From NCBI GenBank assembly GCA_910585805.1, contig CAJUFB010000015.1:1793-65792 (forward strand): DNA of 64,000 nucleotides. Reading direction: 5' to 3'. This DNA comes from an uncultured Acetatifactor sp. Lineage in GTDB: Bacteria; Bacillota; Clostridia; Lachnospirales; Lachnospiraceae. Under the pieces are notes generated by a model. The model made no database searches and was not told where the DNA came from. It saw only the letters and a program-made list of their open reading frames with translations. Positions 36,787 through 47,256 of the stretch are shown here, piece by piece. Positions within the stretch are counted from its first letter, which is position 1; each line of letters begins with the position of its first letter. Both the position numbers and the translations under genes were made by a program.

Positions 36787-38097
36787 TTGCGGACAGTTAA
36801 TGTGGATTTCGCAAAATATAATAGAGTTTTGGAACAGCCTTTTTACAGGAAAAAGGGTAAGGTTGTCAATGTAGTGGGATTGACCATTGAATCTGCCGGT
36901 CCTGACGCCAGGCTGGGAGATATCTGTGAGATCACGCCGGAGGGAGAGGAAAGACCGATCCTGGCAGAGGTAGTGGGCTTTAAGGACAAAAAGACACTGC
37001 TGATGCCTTACGATTCGGTGGACGGCATCGCTTTGGGATGTATTGTGGAAAATACAGACAATCCATTGCAGGTGACAGTGAGTGACGCCCTGTTGGGGAA
37101 GACCCTGAACGGCCTGGGAATTCCGGTGGACGACACACGGGTCGAGGGTGTGCCGTATCTGGTGGAGGCGGCGCCGCCTGATCCTTTGAGCAGGAAGATC
37201 ATAGACGAAGTGCTTCCGCTGGGGGTGAAGGCAGTGGACGGCCTGATCACGGTGGGCAAAGGGCAGCGTATTGGGATCTTTGCCGGTTCCGGTGTGGGAA
37301 AATCCACTCTGATGGGCATGTTTGCAAGAAATACAAAGGCAGATATTAATGTGATCGCGCTGATCGGAGAACGTGGGCGCGAGGTGCGTGAATTTATAGA
37401 ACGGGATCTGGGAGAAGAGGGAATGAGGCGTTCAGTGGTAGTGGTCGCCACTTCCGACAGGCCGGCTCTGGAGAGGAATAAAGCTGCTAAAACGGCTACT
37501 GCCATTGCAGAATATTTCCGTGACCAGGGAAAAGATGTCCTGTTGATGATGGACTCCCTGACCCGTTTTTCCATGGCGCAGCGGGAGATCGGGCTGGCGA
37601 GAGGGGAACCGCCTGTGACAAGAGGGTATCCGCCCAGTGTGTATTCCGAGATGCCCAGATTACTGGAACGGGCAGGCTGCGCGGCCATAGGATCTATCAC
37701 CGGACTGTATACGGTGCTGGTGGACGGGGATGATTTCAACGAGCCCATTACCGATACGGCGCGAAGCATTCTGGACGGACATATCATGCTTGACAGAAAA
37801 CTGGGACACAAGAACCATTATCCGGCCATTGATATACTCCAGAGTATCTCAAGGTGTATGAGCCAGATCGCATCCAGAGAACATAAACAGGCAGCCGGAA
37901 AGCTGAAAAATGTAGTTGCCACCTACAACGAGGCGGAGGATCTGATCAATATCGGCGCGTATAAAAATGGAAGCAATCCTTCCATAGATCATGCCATATC
38001 CAAAATTGAGGCGGTGAATCAGTTTTTGTGTCAGGATGTGGAGGAAAAGTTCAGTTTTGAGGACAGTGTGAGGATGCTTCAGAGGTTATTTGAATAG
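36787..38097 (+). CDS. fliI: flagellum-specific ATPase FliI
   Basis: Walker A GSGVGKST, Walker B LLMMDSLTR, and F1-like architecture. I prefer TTG 36787 (6 nt after AGGAGGA) over GTG 36763. Confidence 0.9.
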   Translation: MRTVNVDFAKYNRVLEQPFYRKKGKVVNVVGLTIESAGPDARLGDICEITPEGEERPILAEVVGFKDKKTLLMPYDSVDGIALGCIVENTDNPLQVTVSDALLGKTLNGLGIPVDDTRVEGVPYLVEAAPPDPLSRKIIDEVLPLGVKAVDGLITVGKGQRIGIFAGSGVGKSTLMGMFARNTKADINVIALIGERGREVREFIERDLGEEGMRRSVVVVATSDRPALERNKAAKTATAIAEYFRDQGKDVLLMMDSLTRFSMAQREIGLARGEPPVTRGYPPSVYSEMPRLLERAGCAAIGSITGLYTVLVDGDDFNEPITDTARSILDGHIMLDRKLGHKNHYPAIDILQSISRCMSQIASREHKQAAGKLKNVVATYNEAEDLINIGAYKNGSNPSIDHAISKIEAVNQFLCQDVEEKFSFEDSVRMLQRLFE

Positions 38098-38175
38098 AAA
38101 TAGATGCGGTGCTGTAACAGGGACCGGGAAGTGTTTTCTGTGATTTGCGGACACTTCCTTTTTAGGAGGATAAGG

Positions 38176-38649
38176 ATGGCCAGATTTCGATATTCCATGC
38201 AGAATATCCTCAATATCAAGCTGAAGCTGGAAACGCAGGCGAAGCAGGATTTTTCAGAGGCGAAGGCAGCTCTGGATGAAGAGGAAGAGAGACTGCAGGG
38301 ACTGGTGGAACGAAAGTGCGGATATGAGCAGGAGGCGGGACAGCTTCTGGCCGGAAGGCTGAACCTTCGGAGGATCGAGGAAAATAAGGCGGCGATCCGC
38401 TGCATGGAGGATTACATAGAGAGACAACAGTTTAACGTGGACAGAGCCGGGAAGAAGCTGTTTGAAGCCACGGAGAGACTGAAGCAGGTGCGGATAGAGC
38501 GGAAGACACATGAGACGCTGAAGGATAAGGCTTTTGAGGAATTCCTGATGGAGGAAAAGCGGCAGGAGAGTAAGGAGATCGACCAGCTGACCAGTTATAC
38601 TTACGGACAGCGTATCAATATGGAAGACGTAGAGCGGATACTGGCCTGA
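38176..38649 (+). CDS. fliJ: flagellar export chaperone FliJ
   Basis: A coiled-coil protein of about 157 aa starting MARFRYSMQNILNIK. Position after fliI. ATG 38176 follows TAGGAGG. Confidence 0.75.
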   Translation: MARFRYSMQNILNIKLKLETQAKQDFSEAKAALDEEEERLQGLVERKCGYEQEAGQLLAGRLNLRRIEENKAAIRCMEDYIERQQFNVDRAGKKLFEATERLKQVRIERKTHETLKDKAFEEFLMEEKRQESKEIDQLTSYTYGQRINMEDVERILA

Positions 38650-38776
38650 ATATATGCGTATGAGAGAAAATATCTGCCGGTGTGACGGTATAGCGGGTGA
38701 GTGCTCTGGAAAATGATGCGGAGAATGGCAGATAAAGGTGCTCAAAAGTATAAGAATTTTGCTCGGGAGATGACGT

Positions 38777-39637
38777 ATGGCGAAGGAATTGAGTCCTCTG
38801 GCTGCTGCGGCAGAAGAGGAAAAAGCGAAATTAAAAGAAGAAAAAAAACAGTTTAAACAGGAGCAGAAAGCTCAGAAAAAGGAAGCGAAGCGCAGGGCAG
38901 CCGAGATTGCCAGGCAGGAGGAAGCGCTGGGGGAGGACGGAGGCAGCGGTCTGGTCACTTTTGCCGCCACGATACTGATCGTCGCTCTGTGGGTGGCAGT
39001 GGTCTGCGTAGTGGTGAAGATGGATGTGGGCGGCTTTGGCAGCAGTGTGCTGGCACCTGTTTTGAAGGATGTTCCTGTTATCAATAAGATACTGCCGTCT
39101 ACGGTACCGGTGTCGGGGAGTGAGGATTCCGATGGTTACGGCGGCTACGCCAGTATCGAGGAAGCTGTCGAATATATCAAACAACTGGAACAGCAACTGG
39201 AGCAGATACAGATTGCCTCCAATGCGAAGGATGCTGAAACAGAGACGCTGAAAGCGGAAATACTGCGTCTTCAGGAATTTGAGCAGAGGCAGGTGGAATT
39301 TCAGCGTATCATGACTGAATTTTATGAAGAAGTGGCGAATATAGATCCGGATGGACTGCTGAAGTATTATGAATCCATGGATCCCACCACATTGGAATAT
39401 ATTACGAGACAGGTTGTGATCCAGAAACAGAAGAGCGACGAGCTTGACAGTTATGTCCAGACGTTTGCCGAGATGAAGCCCAAGGTGGCGGCCAAGACAT
39501 TTGAAGCCATGAACGACCTGGATCTGGTGGCTGAGATACTGGGGGAAATGACTGTGGCGCAGAGAGCGGCGATCCTGGATGTGATTGACACAGAGGTGGG
39601 AGCGAAGCTGGCGAAGATGATGCAGCCGGGGTCTTAA
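38777..39637 (+). CDS. YlxF/MotE-like flagellar protein (lysine-rich N-terminus, one TM helix, MgtE-N-like C-terminal region)
   Basis: It occupies the position of B. subtilis ylxF, between fliJ and fliK. The C-terminus is KPKVAAKTFEAMNDLDLVAEILGEMTVAQRAAILD. Confidence 0.55.
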   Translation: MAKELSPLAAAAEEEKAKLKEEKKQFKQEQKAQKKEAKRRAAEIARQEEALGEDGGSGLVTFAATILIVALWVAVVCVVVKMDVGGFGSSVLAPVLKDVPVINKILPSTVPVSGSEDSDGYGGYASIEEAVEYIKQLEQQLEQIQIASNAKDAETETLKAEILRLQEFEQRQVEFQRIMTEFYEEVANIDPDGLLKYYESMDPTTLEYITRQVVIQKQKSDELDSYVQTFAEMKPKVAAKTFEAMNDLDLVAEILGEMTVAQRAAILDVIDTEVGAKLAKMMQPGS

Positions 39638-39828
39638 GGAAGGTCCGATTTGATCCGATATATAATTGGGTAATTAGAACCCATGACGTATACGGAACTG
39701 AAAACAGCAGGGGTCGGTCCAGATGTCCGATATGATTTCGGCTTAAATGCCTCAGGGAGAAATGATACTGTAATATCCGGCATCCGGACAGAGCGTTTGC
39801 GGAACGCAATGAAGAAAGGAGGAGGAAA

Positions 39829-41406
39829 ATGGCGAATACAGCTGTAAAAGACGTAAGTTCGTTGTTCCTGAATCGCACGGTTCCTGTGGCAGGAAAAGCA
39901 GCAGGCGGCGGAGACTTCCAAAAGGTGTGGAACAGGCAGCTGAATAAGGGTCTTTCGGACAGCGCGGCCGGTGACAGCAATAGCCAGAAGCAGAACAAGA
40001 TCAGCGAAAAAAAGAATGACGGCTTTCAGGAGAAAGCGCCTGTGAAGGAAAACGACGGGACGCAGTCGGAGGAAATGCAGTCTGTGGATTCATCCCAGGA
40101 GAACGGTCAGGGAGAAACTGTTTCGGAAGACAGGGATACAGCGGAGTCTGGGGCAGAACAGACAACCGTATCGGAAGCAGGGGAATCTGAGAATGTGGCG
40201 GATGATCTGCAGAATGTTCTGAATGTGGCGGAAATGTCAAAGCAGGAGAAAGCAGAGCTTCCGGATATAGAGCAGGATATGCAGGAAGATGTATCTGGGG
40301 TAACGCAGGAGCAGCTGTTGGCAATGGAGATTCTGGGCACAGCGGCAGCACAGCTCATGGAACAGATTGCCGATGTCTTCGAGGTTACTGTGGACGAATT
40401 ACAGTCTGTCATGGATAATCTGGAAATGGAACCGGCAGATCTGCTGGACGCTTCGAAGCTGGGAAATCTGCTGTTGGAGCTTGGAGGTGCGAAGGACGCT
40501 TATGCCCTGATCACGGACGGCACCTTATACGACAATTATCGTATGATAATGGGACAGTTGGATCAAGTGCTTCGGGAAAGCGCCGGAGAGTTGATGACAG
40601 AGCCGGAACAGCTGCCGATACTTCTAAAAGACAGCATGCAGGCAGTGCAGGAGGCGGAAGCGTCGCTGGGTATGCCTGAAGACAGGATGGCTGGTCTGAG
40701 GGAAGGAAGCGTGACAGTCACAGAAGAAGAAGGAGGAATGTTGAATTCCGAATTCAATGCAGAGGTTGCGGTGGAGGAACAGGCAGCTGCGCACGGGCAG
40801 GATACAGAAGGGCAGGAACGGAGCGGAAGGCAGTCTGAAGGAAAGGCGGACGGAGAAGATCAGTTGAATCTGATTCATCAGGATTTCAGAACGGAACAAT
40901 TTCGTCCGGAACAGCAGCAGGTGGGAGAGATTCCCCGGTATAGTTCCTGGAGTACGGATACCAGGCAGATCATGAACCAGATCCTGGATTATATGAAGCT
41001 GAGCCTGAGCGCGGATACTACGAGCCTGGAGATGCAGTTGCATCCTGCCAGTTTAGGGACACTGCATGTACAGATCGCTTCAAGAGGCGGGATTGTCACA
41101 GCGAATTTTATTACGGAAAATGAAGCTGTGAAGACGGCGCTGGAAAGCCAGATGCTGCAGCTGAGGGAGCAGTTCGAGGAGCAGGGGGTCAAGGTGGAAG
41201 CCATAGAAGTTACCGTTCAGACTCATGAATTCGAACAGAATCTGGAGCAGGGCAGGGGCAGAAGCCAGCAGGAAGGCGAGAAGAGAGGCAGGAGCAGAAG
41301 ATTCCGTATGAATAGAGTCTCTGTGATGAGTGCTGCGGAGTCGGATGATGCTGCGGCAGCAGACAGGATCGCGGCAGACGGAAGCACGGTGAGTTACACT
41401 GCATAA
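39829..41406 (+). CDS. fliK: flagellar hook-length control protein FliK
   Basis: Acidic low-complexity N-terminal region plus a C-terminal Flg_hook domain, LEMQLHPASLGTLHVQIASRGGIVTANFITEN. Confidence 0.85.
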   Translation: MANTAVKDVSSLFLNRTVPVAGKAAGGGDFQKVWNRQLNKGLSDSAAGDSNSQKQNKISEKKNDGFQEKAPVKENDGTQSEEMQSVDSSQENGQGETVSEDRDTAESGAEQTTVSEAGESENVADDLQNVLNVAEMSKQEKAELPDIEQDMQEDVSGVTQEQLLAMEILGTAAAQLMEQIADVFEVTVDELQSVMDNLEMEPADLLDASKLGNLLLELGGAKDAYALITDGTLYDNYRMIMGQLDQVLRESAGELMTEPEQLPILLKDSMQAVQEAEASLGMPEDRMAGLREGSVTVTEEEGGMLNSEFNAEVAVEEQAAAHGQDTEGQERSGRQSEGKADGEDQLNLIHQDFRTEQFRPEQQQVGEIPRYSSWSTDTRQIMNQILDYMKLSLSADTTSLEMQLHPASLGTLHVQIASRGGIVTANFITENEAVKTALESQMLQLREQFEEQGVKVEAIEVTVQTHEFEQNLEQGRGRSQQEGEKRGRSRRFRMNRVSVMSAAESDDAAAADRIAADGSTVSYTA

Positions 41407-41497
41407 TTACGGATTGCGTGAAAACGGACATTCGATCCGAAAATGCGATTCGTTATTATAAAATAAGCACTGTTAAAATAGAGAAAGGAGTACACAT

Positions 41498-42232
41498 ATG
41501 GCTTTAATGGCACCCGTGGAAAACGGGCAGATTGTGGAGACAGAATCTCAGAAGTCTCTGAAAAAGCAGCTTACCGCCAGTAAAAACGGCATGGACAAAG
41601 AGGCTTTTCTGCAGTTGCTGGTGGCGCAGATGCAGTATCAGGATCCCCTGGAACCCACGTCAAACACAGAATTTGTATCCCAGTACGCACAGTTCTCTCA
41701 GGTAGAGCAGATGCAGAATCTGGCAGCGACCTCTGAACTGGCCAGAGCCACTTCTCTGGTTGGTCAGCATGTTTATGTCAAGACTACCGGATCGGACGGA
41801 GATCCCAAGTACATTTATGGCAAGGTAGATTATGTTGCCTTTGAGAATAATAAGGCGTATGTTGCCATCGAAGAATCACTTTATTCCATTGATGATGTGG
41901 ATACGGTGGTGGATCTGCAGTACAAGGATGCTTATGATAAGGCTTACGATTTCAATGAGAGGCTGAATAAGCTTCCGAAGCCTACCAATATAGATCTTTC
42001 CAATGCGGAGGAGATTGACGAACTGGAGAAGATTTACAATGAGATGACGGATTACGAGAAGAGCTTTGTCGCCTCGGATGTGGTGAAGCGCCTGAACCAG
42101 TACATTGAGAGGCTCAAGGAAATACGCGCCGCCGCAGAGGAAGACGGGAAGGGTGACGAGACGGAAGAAGGCGGAGAAGAGTCCGGAGGAGATTCCGGTA
42201 AAGAGGAGACGGAAGGCGCTGATAAAGCATAA
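41498..42232 (+). CDS. flgD: flagellar hook capping/assembly protein FlgD
   Basis: The motif FLQLLVAQMQYQDPLEPTSNTEFVSQYAQFSQVEQM. Confidence 0.9.
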   Translation: MALMAPVENGQIVETESQKSLKKQLTASKNGMDKEAFLQLLVAQMQYQDPLEPTSNTEFVSQYAQFSQVEQMQNLAATSELARATSLVGQHVYVKTTGSDGDPKYIYGKVDYVAFENNKAYVAIEESLYSIDDVDTVVDLQYKDAYDKAYDFNERLNKLPKPTNIDLSNAEEIDELEKIYNEMTDYEKSFVASDVVKRLNQYIERLKEIRAAAEEDGKGDETEEGGEESGGDSGKEETEGADKA

Positions 42233-42247
42233 AAGGAGTTTACAAGG

Positions 42248-42655
42248 ATGGATATTCAGGGCAATGGGTATATTTCCATTAAGCAGCTGACGGATCAGTA
42301 TCTGGGAAAGCAGGCACAGGTCCGGAGAGCCACGGATGGCGAAGCCCGGGAGGGCATATCCTTTCAGGATGTTTTACGGCAGAAGACACTGGGAGAGACC
42401 GGTGGCCTAAAATTTTCCAAGCATGCGATGGGAAGGCTGGCTGACCGCAATATTGAGCTGAGTGATGCTCAGCTGGAGCGGTTGGAGTCCGGAACAAAGA
42501 AAGCAGGGCAAAAGGGGATCAGAGATTCGCTGGTGATCGTGGATCAGCTGGCGTTTATTGTAAATATCCCCAATCAGACAGTCGTCACTGCAATGGACAG
42601 TACGGATACAGAGGAGAACATATTCACCAATATTAACGGGGCAGTTATCATATAA
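42248..42655 (+). CDS. small flagellar operon protein (TIGR02530-like)
   Basis: 135 aa. Position between flgD and flgE. The segment FSKHAMGRLADRNIELSDAQLERLE resembles the family found at this position in Firmicutes. Confidence 0.5.
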   Translation: MDIQGNGYISIKQLTDQYLGKQAQVRRATDGEAREGISFQDVLRQKTLGETGGLKFSKHAMGRLADRNIELSDAQLERLESGTKKAGQKGIRDSLVIVDQLAFIVNIPNQTVVTAMDSTDTEENIFTNINGAVII

Positions 42656-42735
42656 CCGGACCTGTAAGGAGGTTGTGGCCTCTCGAATGACTGAGAGGGG
42701 CATGCTCCGTTCCAGATCAGGAGGAACAGATTACT

Positions 42736-44529
42736 ATGATGAGATCACTTTTTGCTGGTGTGTCAGGCCTTAAGGCGCACCAGACCAGAATGGATGTTAT
42801 AGGTAATAACATCGCAAACGTTAACACAGTTGCATACAAGTCCAGTTCCATGACTTTTGCGGCGCTGATGAGCCAGACGACGCAGAGGGCCAGCGGAGCC
42901 AATGCCAGCACGGGAACCGGAGGCGTGAATCCCAGGCAGATCGGCCTGGGTGTAAAGACCAGCGCCATTAATGTCAACATTACCGGACAGGGGGCCAGCC
43001 AGTCAACGGGGAATCCTTTTGACATCATGATTACCGGCGAGAATTTCTTTATCGTCAACAATGGACAGGAGAATTACTTTACCAGAGACGGTTCTTTCTA
43101 TGTGGACGGCGCGGGGAACCTGGCCATGACCAGTATCGGCTACAGTGTCATGGGATGGCAGGTGGACGAGGAGACCGGTGCGATTAAGAAGGACAGCGTG
43201 TCTGCTCTTCGTATTATGAATACGGCTAATATGAATTATCCTCCGGAAGCTACCACTCAGGGGTATATGTCAGGTATCCTTGATAAGCTTGACACGGATG
43301 TGACCAGCAGCAGCGGCAAGGTTGTGAACTTCCAGTTTTATGATGATTTGGGATACAGCTATAATGCAAAATTTGTATTTAAGCAGTCAGAAACCGATGC
43401 GAAGAACGAATATAGCCTGGAACTGGATAAGATCACTGATTCGGACGGGAAAGAGGTTGAGATGACGGCTGAGCAGAAAGCTGCGGTATTTGGTCAGACA
43501 CAGACGCAGGCACAGTCAGGCAGAGTGGCTTTGGGAAAGGGTTATAAGTGGGAGAATGGTGTGCTGAAGGACGCGGATGGAAAGGAACTTGCGAGTCTGA
43601 CAGCTATTCAGGGGGATACAGCGTATAAGCCTACAAACCCGGCAGATGCAGAGGAAATATCTGTAGAGCAGCAGCTTGATAATATTGCAAAAGCGTATGG
43701 ATATAAAGGCTCAACAGAGGATTTCCTGAGTAAGATTTATGAGGTTACCCCGGCAAATCCGGATGCGACTCCCCCTGTAGAGGCAGTTACATGTACGATC
43801 AGGGATATGATATATGGAGAAAATGATTCTAATAATGCAAAGGCACCTACGCTTGATAGTCTGGTGAATACTGGTACTGGTACGACAGATGAAGGCTTTG
43901 AGACCACAGGGCGCGAATTCACGGGAGTGATCGTTAAATATAACGCTAAAAATGGTACATTCGAAAGAGTAGAGGGAGGAAAAGTCGCGGAAGGCGGGGA
44001 TGTTCCGTCTGTGATTACCCTGAATCTGAGCGGTATCGGCAATGGCAATTTTAAAGATATCGACATTGACCTGTCATCTACCACCAATGTAGACAACAAG
44101 GGTACATCCACCATCGGTGCCACCAACGGTGCAGACGATGAGTTCAGTACCGGTTCCGGACGCCGCAATGGTGTCCTGAAAGGATTATCCGTGCAGCAGA
44201 ACGGTATGATTTATGGAACCTACGACAATGGCATGACCAAGTTGTTGGGGCAGATAGCAACCGCGAAATTTGCCAACGCATCCGGTCTGGAAAAACTGGC
44301 GGATAATCTTTATGCCGCTACACTGAACTCCGGCTCCTTCGACGGCATCGGTGTGGACATCACCGCGGAGGGCGATTACATGTCCACAGGCCAGCTGGAG
44401 ATGAGTAACGTGGATCTTTCTTCGGAATTTACCGAGATGATAACTACCCAGCGTGGTTTCCAGGCAAACAGCCGTATTATAACTGTATCCGATACTTTAT
44501 TGGAAGAATTAACAAACCTGAAGCGTTAA
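42736..44529 (+). CDS. flgE: flagellar hook protein FlgE (long form, 597 aa)
   Basis: N-terminal MMRSLFAGVSGLKAHQTRMDVIGNNIANVNTVAYK and C-terminal EMSNVDLSSEFTEMITTQRGFQANSRIITVSDTLLEEL. Confidence 0.9.
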   Translation: MMRSLFAGVSGLKAHQTRMDVIGNNIANVNTVAYKSSSMTFAALMSQTTQRASGANASTGTGGVNPRQIGLGVKTSAINVNITGQGASQSTGNPFDIMITGENFFIVNNGQENYFTRDGSFYVDGAGNLAMTSIGYSVMGWQVDEETGAIKKDSVSALRIMNTANMNYPPEATTQGYMSGILDKLDTDVTSSSGKVVNFQFYDDLGYSYNAKFVFKQSETDAKNEYSLELDKITDSDGKEVEMTAEQKAAVFGQTQTQAQSGRVALGKGYKWENGVLKDADGKELASLTAIQGDTAYKPTNPADAEEISVEQQLDNIAKAYGYKGSTEDFLSKIYEVTPANPDATPPVEAVTCTIRDMIYGENDSNNAKAPTLDSLVNTGTGTTDEGFETTGREFTGVIVKYNAKNGTFERVEGGKVAEGGDVPSVITLNLSGIGNGNFKDIDIDLSSTTNVDNKGTSTIGATNGADDEFSTGSGRRNGVLKGLSVQQNGMIYGTYDNGMTKLLGQIATAKFANASGLEKLADNLYAATLNSGSFDGIGVDITAEGDYMSTGQLEMSNVDLSSEFTEMITTQRGFQANSRIITVSDTLLEELTNLKR

Positions 44530-44828
44530 TTTATACTCGCATTATTCAAGAGAATGTGTTATAATAGGGGGGCAGGGGTCTGTCCCCCTATTCATTGGAC
44601 AGAAGGTAAGCAGGATGCAGTCAGGCAGATCCGGGGACGATACGGTTGGGCGGGTCTGTCGGCAGTTTCGGAAGGTTTTTGCTTTTGCTGTGGGGTAAGG
44701 AATTTAGACGGACTGTTTTATGGCAATTCCTATCATATGGCTATCAGAAACGGAAGCTGTGTTGTGAAGCTAAGGTGGTGGCAGGTATGACAGGTTAGCG
44801 GGATGATAGTGATGCAAGAGGTTTCGAT

Positions 44829-45014
44829 ATGATTGAAGTGACGAAATTAAACGGTACAAAGATTTTGGCGAATCCGCATCTGTTTGAGATTGTGGAGGAG
44901 ACTCCGGATACGGTGATCACTCTCACCACCGGGAAAAAAATAATTGTAAAAGAAAGTAGACAAGAGATAAAAAATCTTGTAAAATCATATAGAAAGGGTA
45001 TTTTTGCGGAATAA
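44829..45014 (+). CDS. flbD: flagellar protein FlbD (SwrD-like)
   Basis: 61 aa: MIEVTKLNGTKILANPHLFEIVEETPDTVITLTTGKKIIVKES. Confidence 0.85.
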   Translation: MIEVTKLNGTKILANPHLFEIVEETPDTVITLTTGKKIIVKESRQEIKNLVKSYRKGIFAE

Positions 45015-45052
45015 TGGAAGAAAGGCATTCCAACAAAAAGCAAAAGAGTTAG

Positions 45053-45856
45053 GTGATTCTCGTGGATATTGCGTCTTTACTTGGTATTATTTTATGTTTT
45101 GCGATGATGCTCTATGGTATCATAGACGGTGCAGGTATCAATAACCTGGTGAAGGAATACTGGAATATGCCGTCGGCAGTTATTACCTTCGGCGGTGCCT
45201 TTGCCGCTACGCTGGCATCGCACAGTCTTGCCGATTTCATCAATGGTCTGAAGAGTTTTGCACTGGTATTCAAGGCTCCGGCCATCAATACGGCGGAAAT
45301 GATCAGCAAGATTATCGACCTGTCGAATGTGGCACGTAAGGAAGGGCTTCTGTCCCTGGAGGAAGCGGCTGCGGATATGGATGATGCTTTTCTGAAGAAA
45401 GGTATCCTTCTGATGGTAGACGGAACGGATCCGGAACTGGTGCGTGCCATCATGGAGACGGAACTGGTCAGTATTGAAGGGAGACATAAGACCTGCATCG
45501 GCTTCTGGGATACACTTGGTGCCATGGGTCCTGCCTGGGGTATGATCGGTACCCTGATCGGTCTGGTAGACATGTTGTATCATATGGATAATGTGGCTAC
45601 GCTGGGACCGGCCATGGCCGTGGCCCTGATTACCACTTTCTATGGTTCCGTGCTTGCGAATGCAATCTGTACCCCGGTGTCCAATAAGCTGAAAGTGGAT
45701 AATGCCGCAGAGATGATGTTGAAAGAGGTTATGATTGAGGGGCTGCTGTCCATTCAGGCAGGGGAGAACCCCAGAGTAATCGAGGAGAAGCTGAAATCCT
45801 TCCTTTCTCCTCAGGACAGGGAAGCCGCCGGAGGAGATGCAGGGGGTGAGGAATAA
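45053..45856 (+). CDS. motA: flagellar stator protein MotA
   Basis: MotA/TolQ/ExbB channel motifs (GPAWGMIGTLIGL, ALITTFYG). The start could be GTG 45053 or GTG 45062 (MDIASLLG...). Confidence 0.85.
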   Translation: MILVDIASLLGIILCFAMMLYGIIDGAGINNLVKEYWNMPSAVITFGGAFAATLASHSLADFINGLKSFALVFKAPAINTAEMISKIIDLSNVARKEGLLSLEEAAADMDDAFLKKGILLMVDGTDPELVRAIMETELVSIEGRHKTCIGFWDTLGAMGPAWGMIGTLIGLVDMLYHMDNVATLGPAMAVALITTFYGSVLANAICTPVSNKLKVDNAAEMMLKEVMIEGLLSIQAGENPRVIEEKLKSFLSPQDREAAGGDAGGEE

Positions 45857-46680
45857 TGGCAAAGCGCAAGGAAGATGCGCCACCGGCGGGTTCGCCGGCG
45901 TGGATGGCGACATTCAGTGATCTGATGAACCTTCTGCTCTGCTTTTTCGTTATGCTTTTTGCCATGTCGAGTATTGAGGAAGCGAAGCTTCAGGAATTCG
46001 TGGCAGCCATGAATAATACTTTCAGCATATTTGACGGGGGCGCCTCCGCCATAGGGGACGGTATCCTGATCAGCAACGGTGTCAGCCAGCTGAATGAGCT
46101 TGACCAGTACATAAACAGTACAGGTAAGGTTGCGGACAGTGATACAGATGGGGAGAGCATGGAAGAATTTGAAAAGTCTCCGGAAGCACTGGAAGAAATG
46201 TTGGAGGAGCAGCGGCTGCAGGAAAATGAAGAACGTGCGGAGGCAATAGAAGAAGCACTTCGGGAGAATGAGATCGCCGATGAGGTGGAAATCAGTTTTA
46301 CTGCTCAGTATGTCAAGCTGACTATGAATGGCGGGCTTTTGTTTGATTCCGGAAGTGCGCAGCTCAAAGAGGAAGCACAGCTGATCATTGATAAGGTGGG
46401 GGTGATCCTGGAGCGCTACGGAGACGGAACCATTGAGATAGAGGGGCATACCGACAATGTTCCCATCAACAGCGCACAGTATCCCAGCAATGAGGAATTG
46501 AGCAGTGCCAGAGCATTGTCCGTCTTCTATTACCTTTTGGAGAGTACTTCTCTGAATCCGGTAGGAGTAAAGCATGCCGGGATGGGAGAACGGGTACCGA
46601 TCGCTGACAATGGCACATCGGAAGGCAGAAGCAGAAACCGAAGGGTTGAGATCTTAATCTATAATCCGTCCGCGCAATAA
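45856..46680 (+). CDS. motB: flagellar stator protein MotB (OmpA-like C-terminal domain)
   Basis: N-terminal WMATFSDLMNLLLCFFV and C-terminal IEGHTDNVPI...SNEELSSARA...RNRRVEILI. Confidence 0.9.
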   Translation: MAKRKEDAPPAGSPAWMATFSDLMNLLLCFFVMLFAMSSIEEAKLQEFVAAMNNTFSIFDGGASAIGDGILISNGVSQLNELDQYINSTGKVADSDTDGESMEEFEKSPEALEEMLEEQRLQENEERAEAIEEALRENEIADEVEISFTAQYVKLTMNGGLLFDSGSAQLKEEAQLIIDKVGVILERYGDGTIEIEGHTDNVPINSAQYPSNEELSSARALSVFYYLLESTSLNPVGVKHAGMGERVPIADNGTSEGRSRNRRVEILIYNPSAQ

Positions 46681-46713
46681 GAGAGATGGGATGGAAGAAA
46701 GGGCTTTTTAGAC

Positions 46714-47256
46714 ATGAAAAAGAATTTACTGAGTGTGCTTATCCTGGTGCTGATGATCGTGAATATAGCATTGTCGGCAGTCATGATGACCAACGTCATC
46801 AGCACAAACAAGAAAACCGCGGAACTGATGGACAGTATCGGCGTGGCGATGAATCTGGAGCTGTATACCCCCGGTGCCGGTCCTGAGGTGTCTCTTTCAG
46901 ACACGTATACTCATGTGATGGATCAGATGATGATCCCGCTGGCCTATTCGCAGGTGACTAATAGTGACGGCACTACCAGCACAAGCAGCAAGCAGGTGTA
47001 TCTTGTATTTGATATTTCACTGCTCATGGATAAGACACATGATGATTTTGCGCAGTATTCGGGATCGATCGCTGATTATGACAGTATGATCAAAGATGCG
47101 GTGGAACGGGTGGTGAGCAATTATACAGAGGAGGAGTGCAGAGCTTCCTTTACCGGGGATATAAGGAATGAGATGCTTACAGCGATCCAGAATCTGTTTG
47201 AGTCAAAGTTCATTTACGGAATTACCCTCAGCAATATAAAGTACGGTGGCAGCTGA
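46714..47256 (+). CDS. fliL: flagellar basal-body-associated protein FliL
   Basis: Single N-terminal TM helix, about 180 aa, positioned immediately upstream of fliM. Confidence 0.6.
   Translation: MKKNLLSVLILVLMIVNIALSAVMMTNVISTNKKTAELMDSIGVAMNLELYTPGAGPEVSLSDTYTHVMDQMMIPLAYSQVTNSDGTTSTSSKQVYLVFDISLLMDKTHDDFAQYSGSIADYDSMIKDAVERVVSNYTEEECRASFTGDIRNEMLTAIQNLFESKFIYGITLSNIKYGGS

Noticed and set aside
44554-44790. A 78-aa ORF in the flgE-flbD gap.
   Set aside because: It has no RBS, is rich in Cys, Trp and Arg, and starts inside the hairpin and -10 region. It is probably non-coding.
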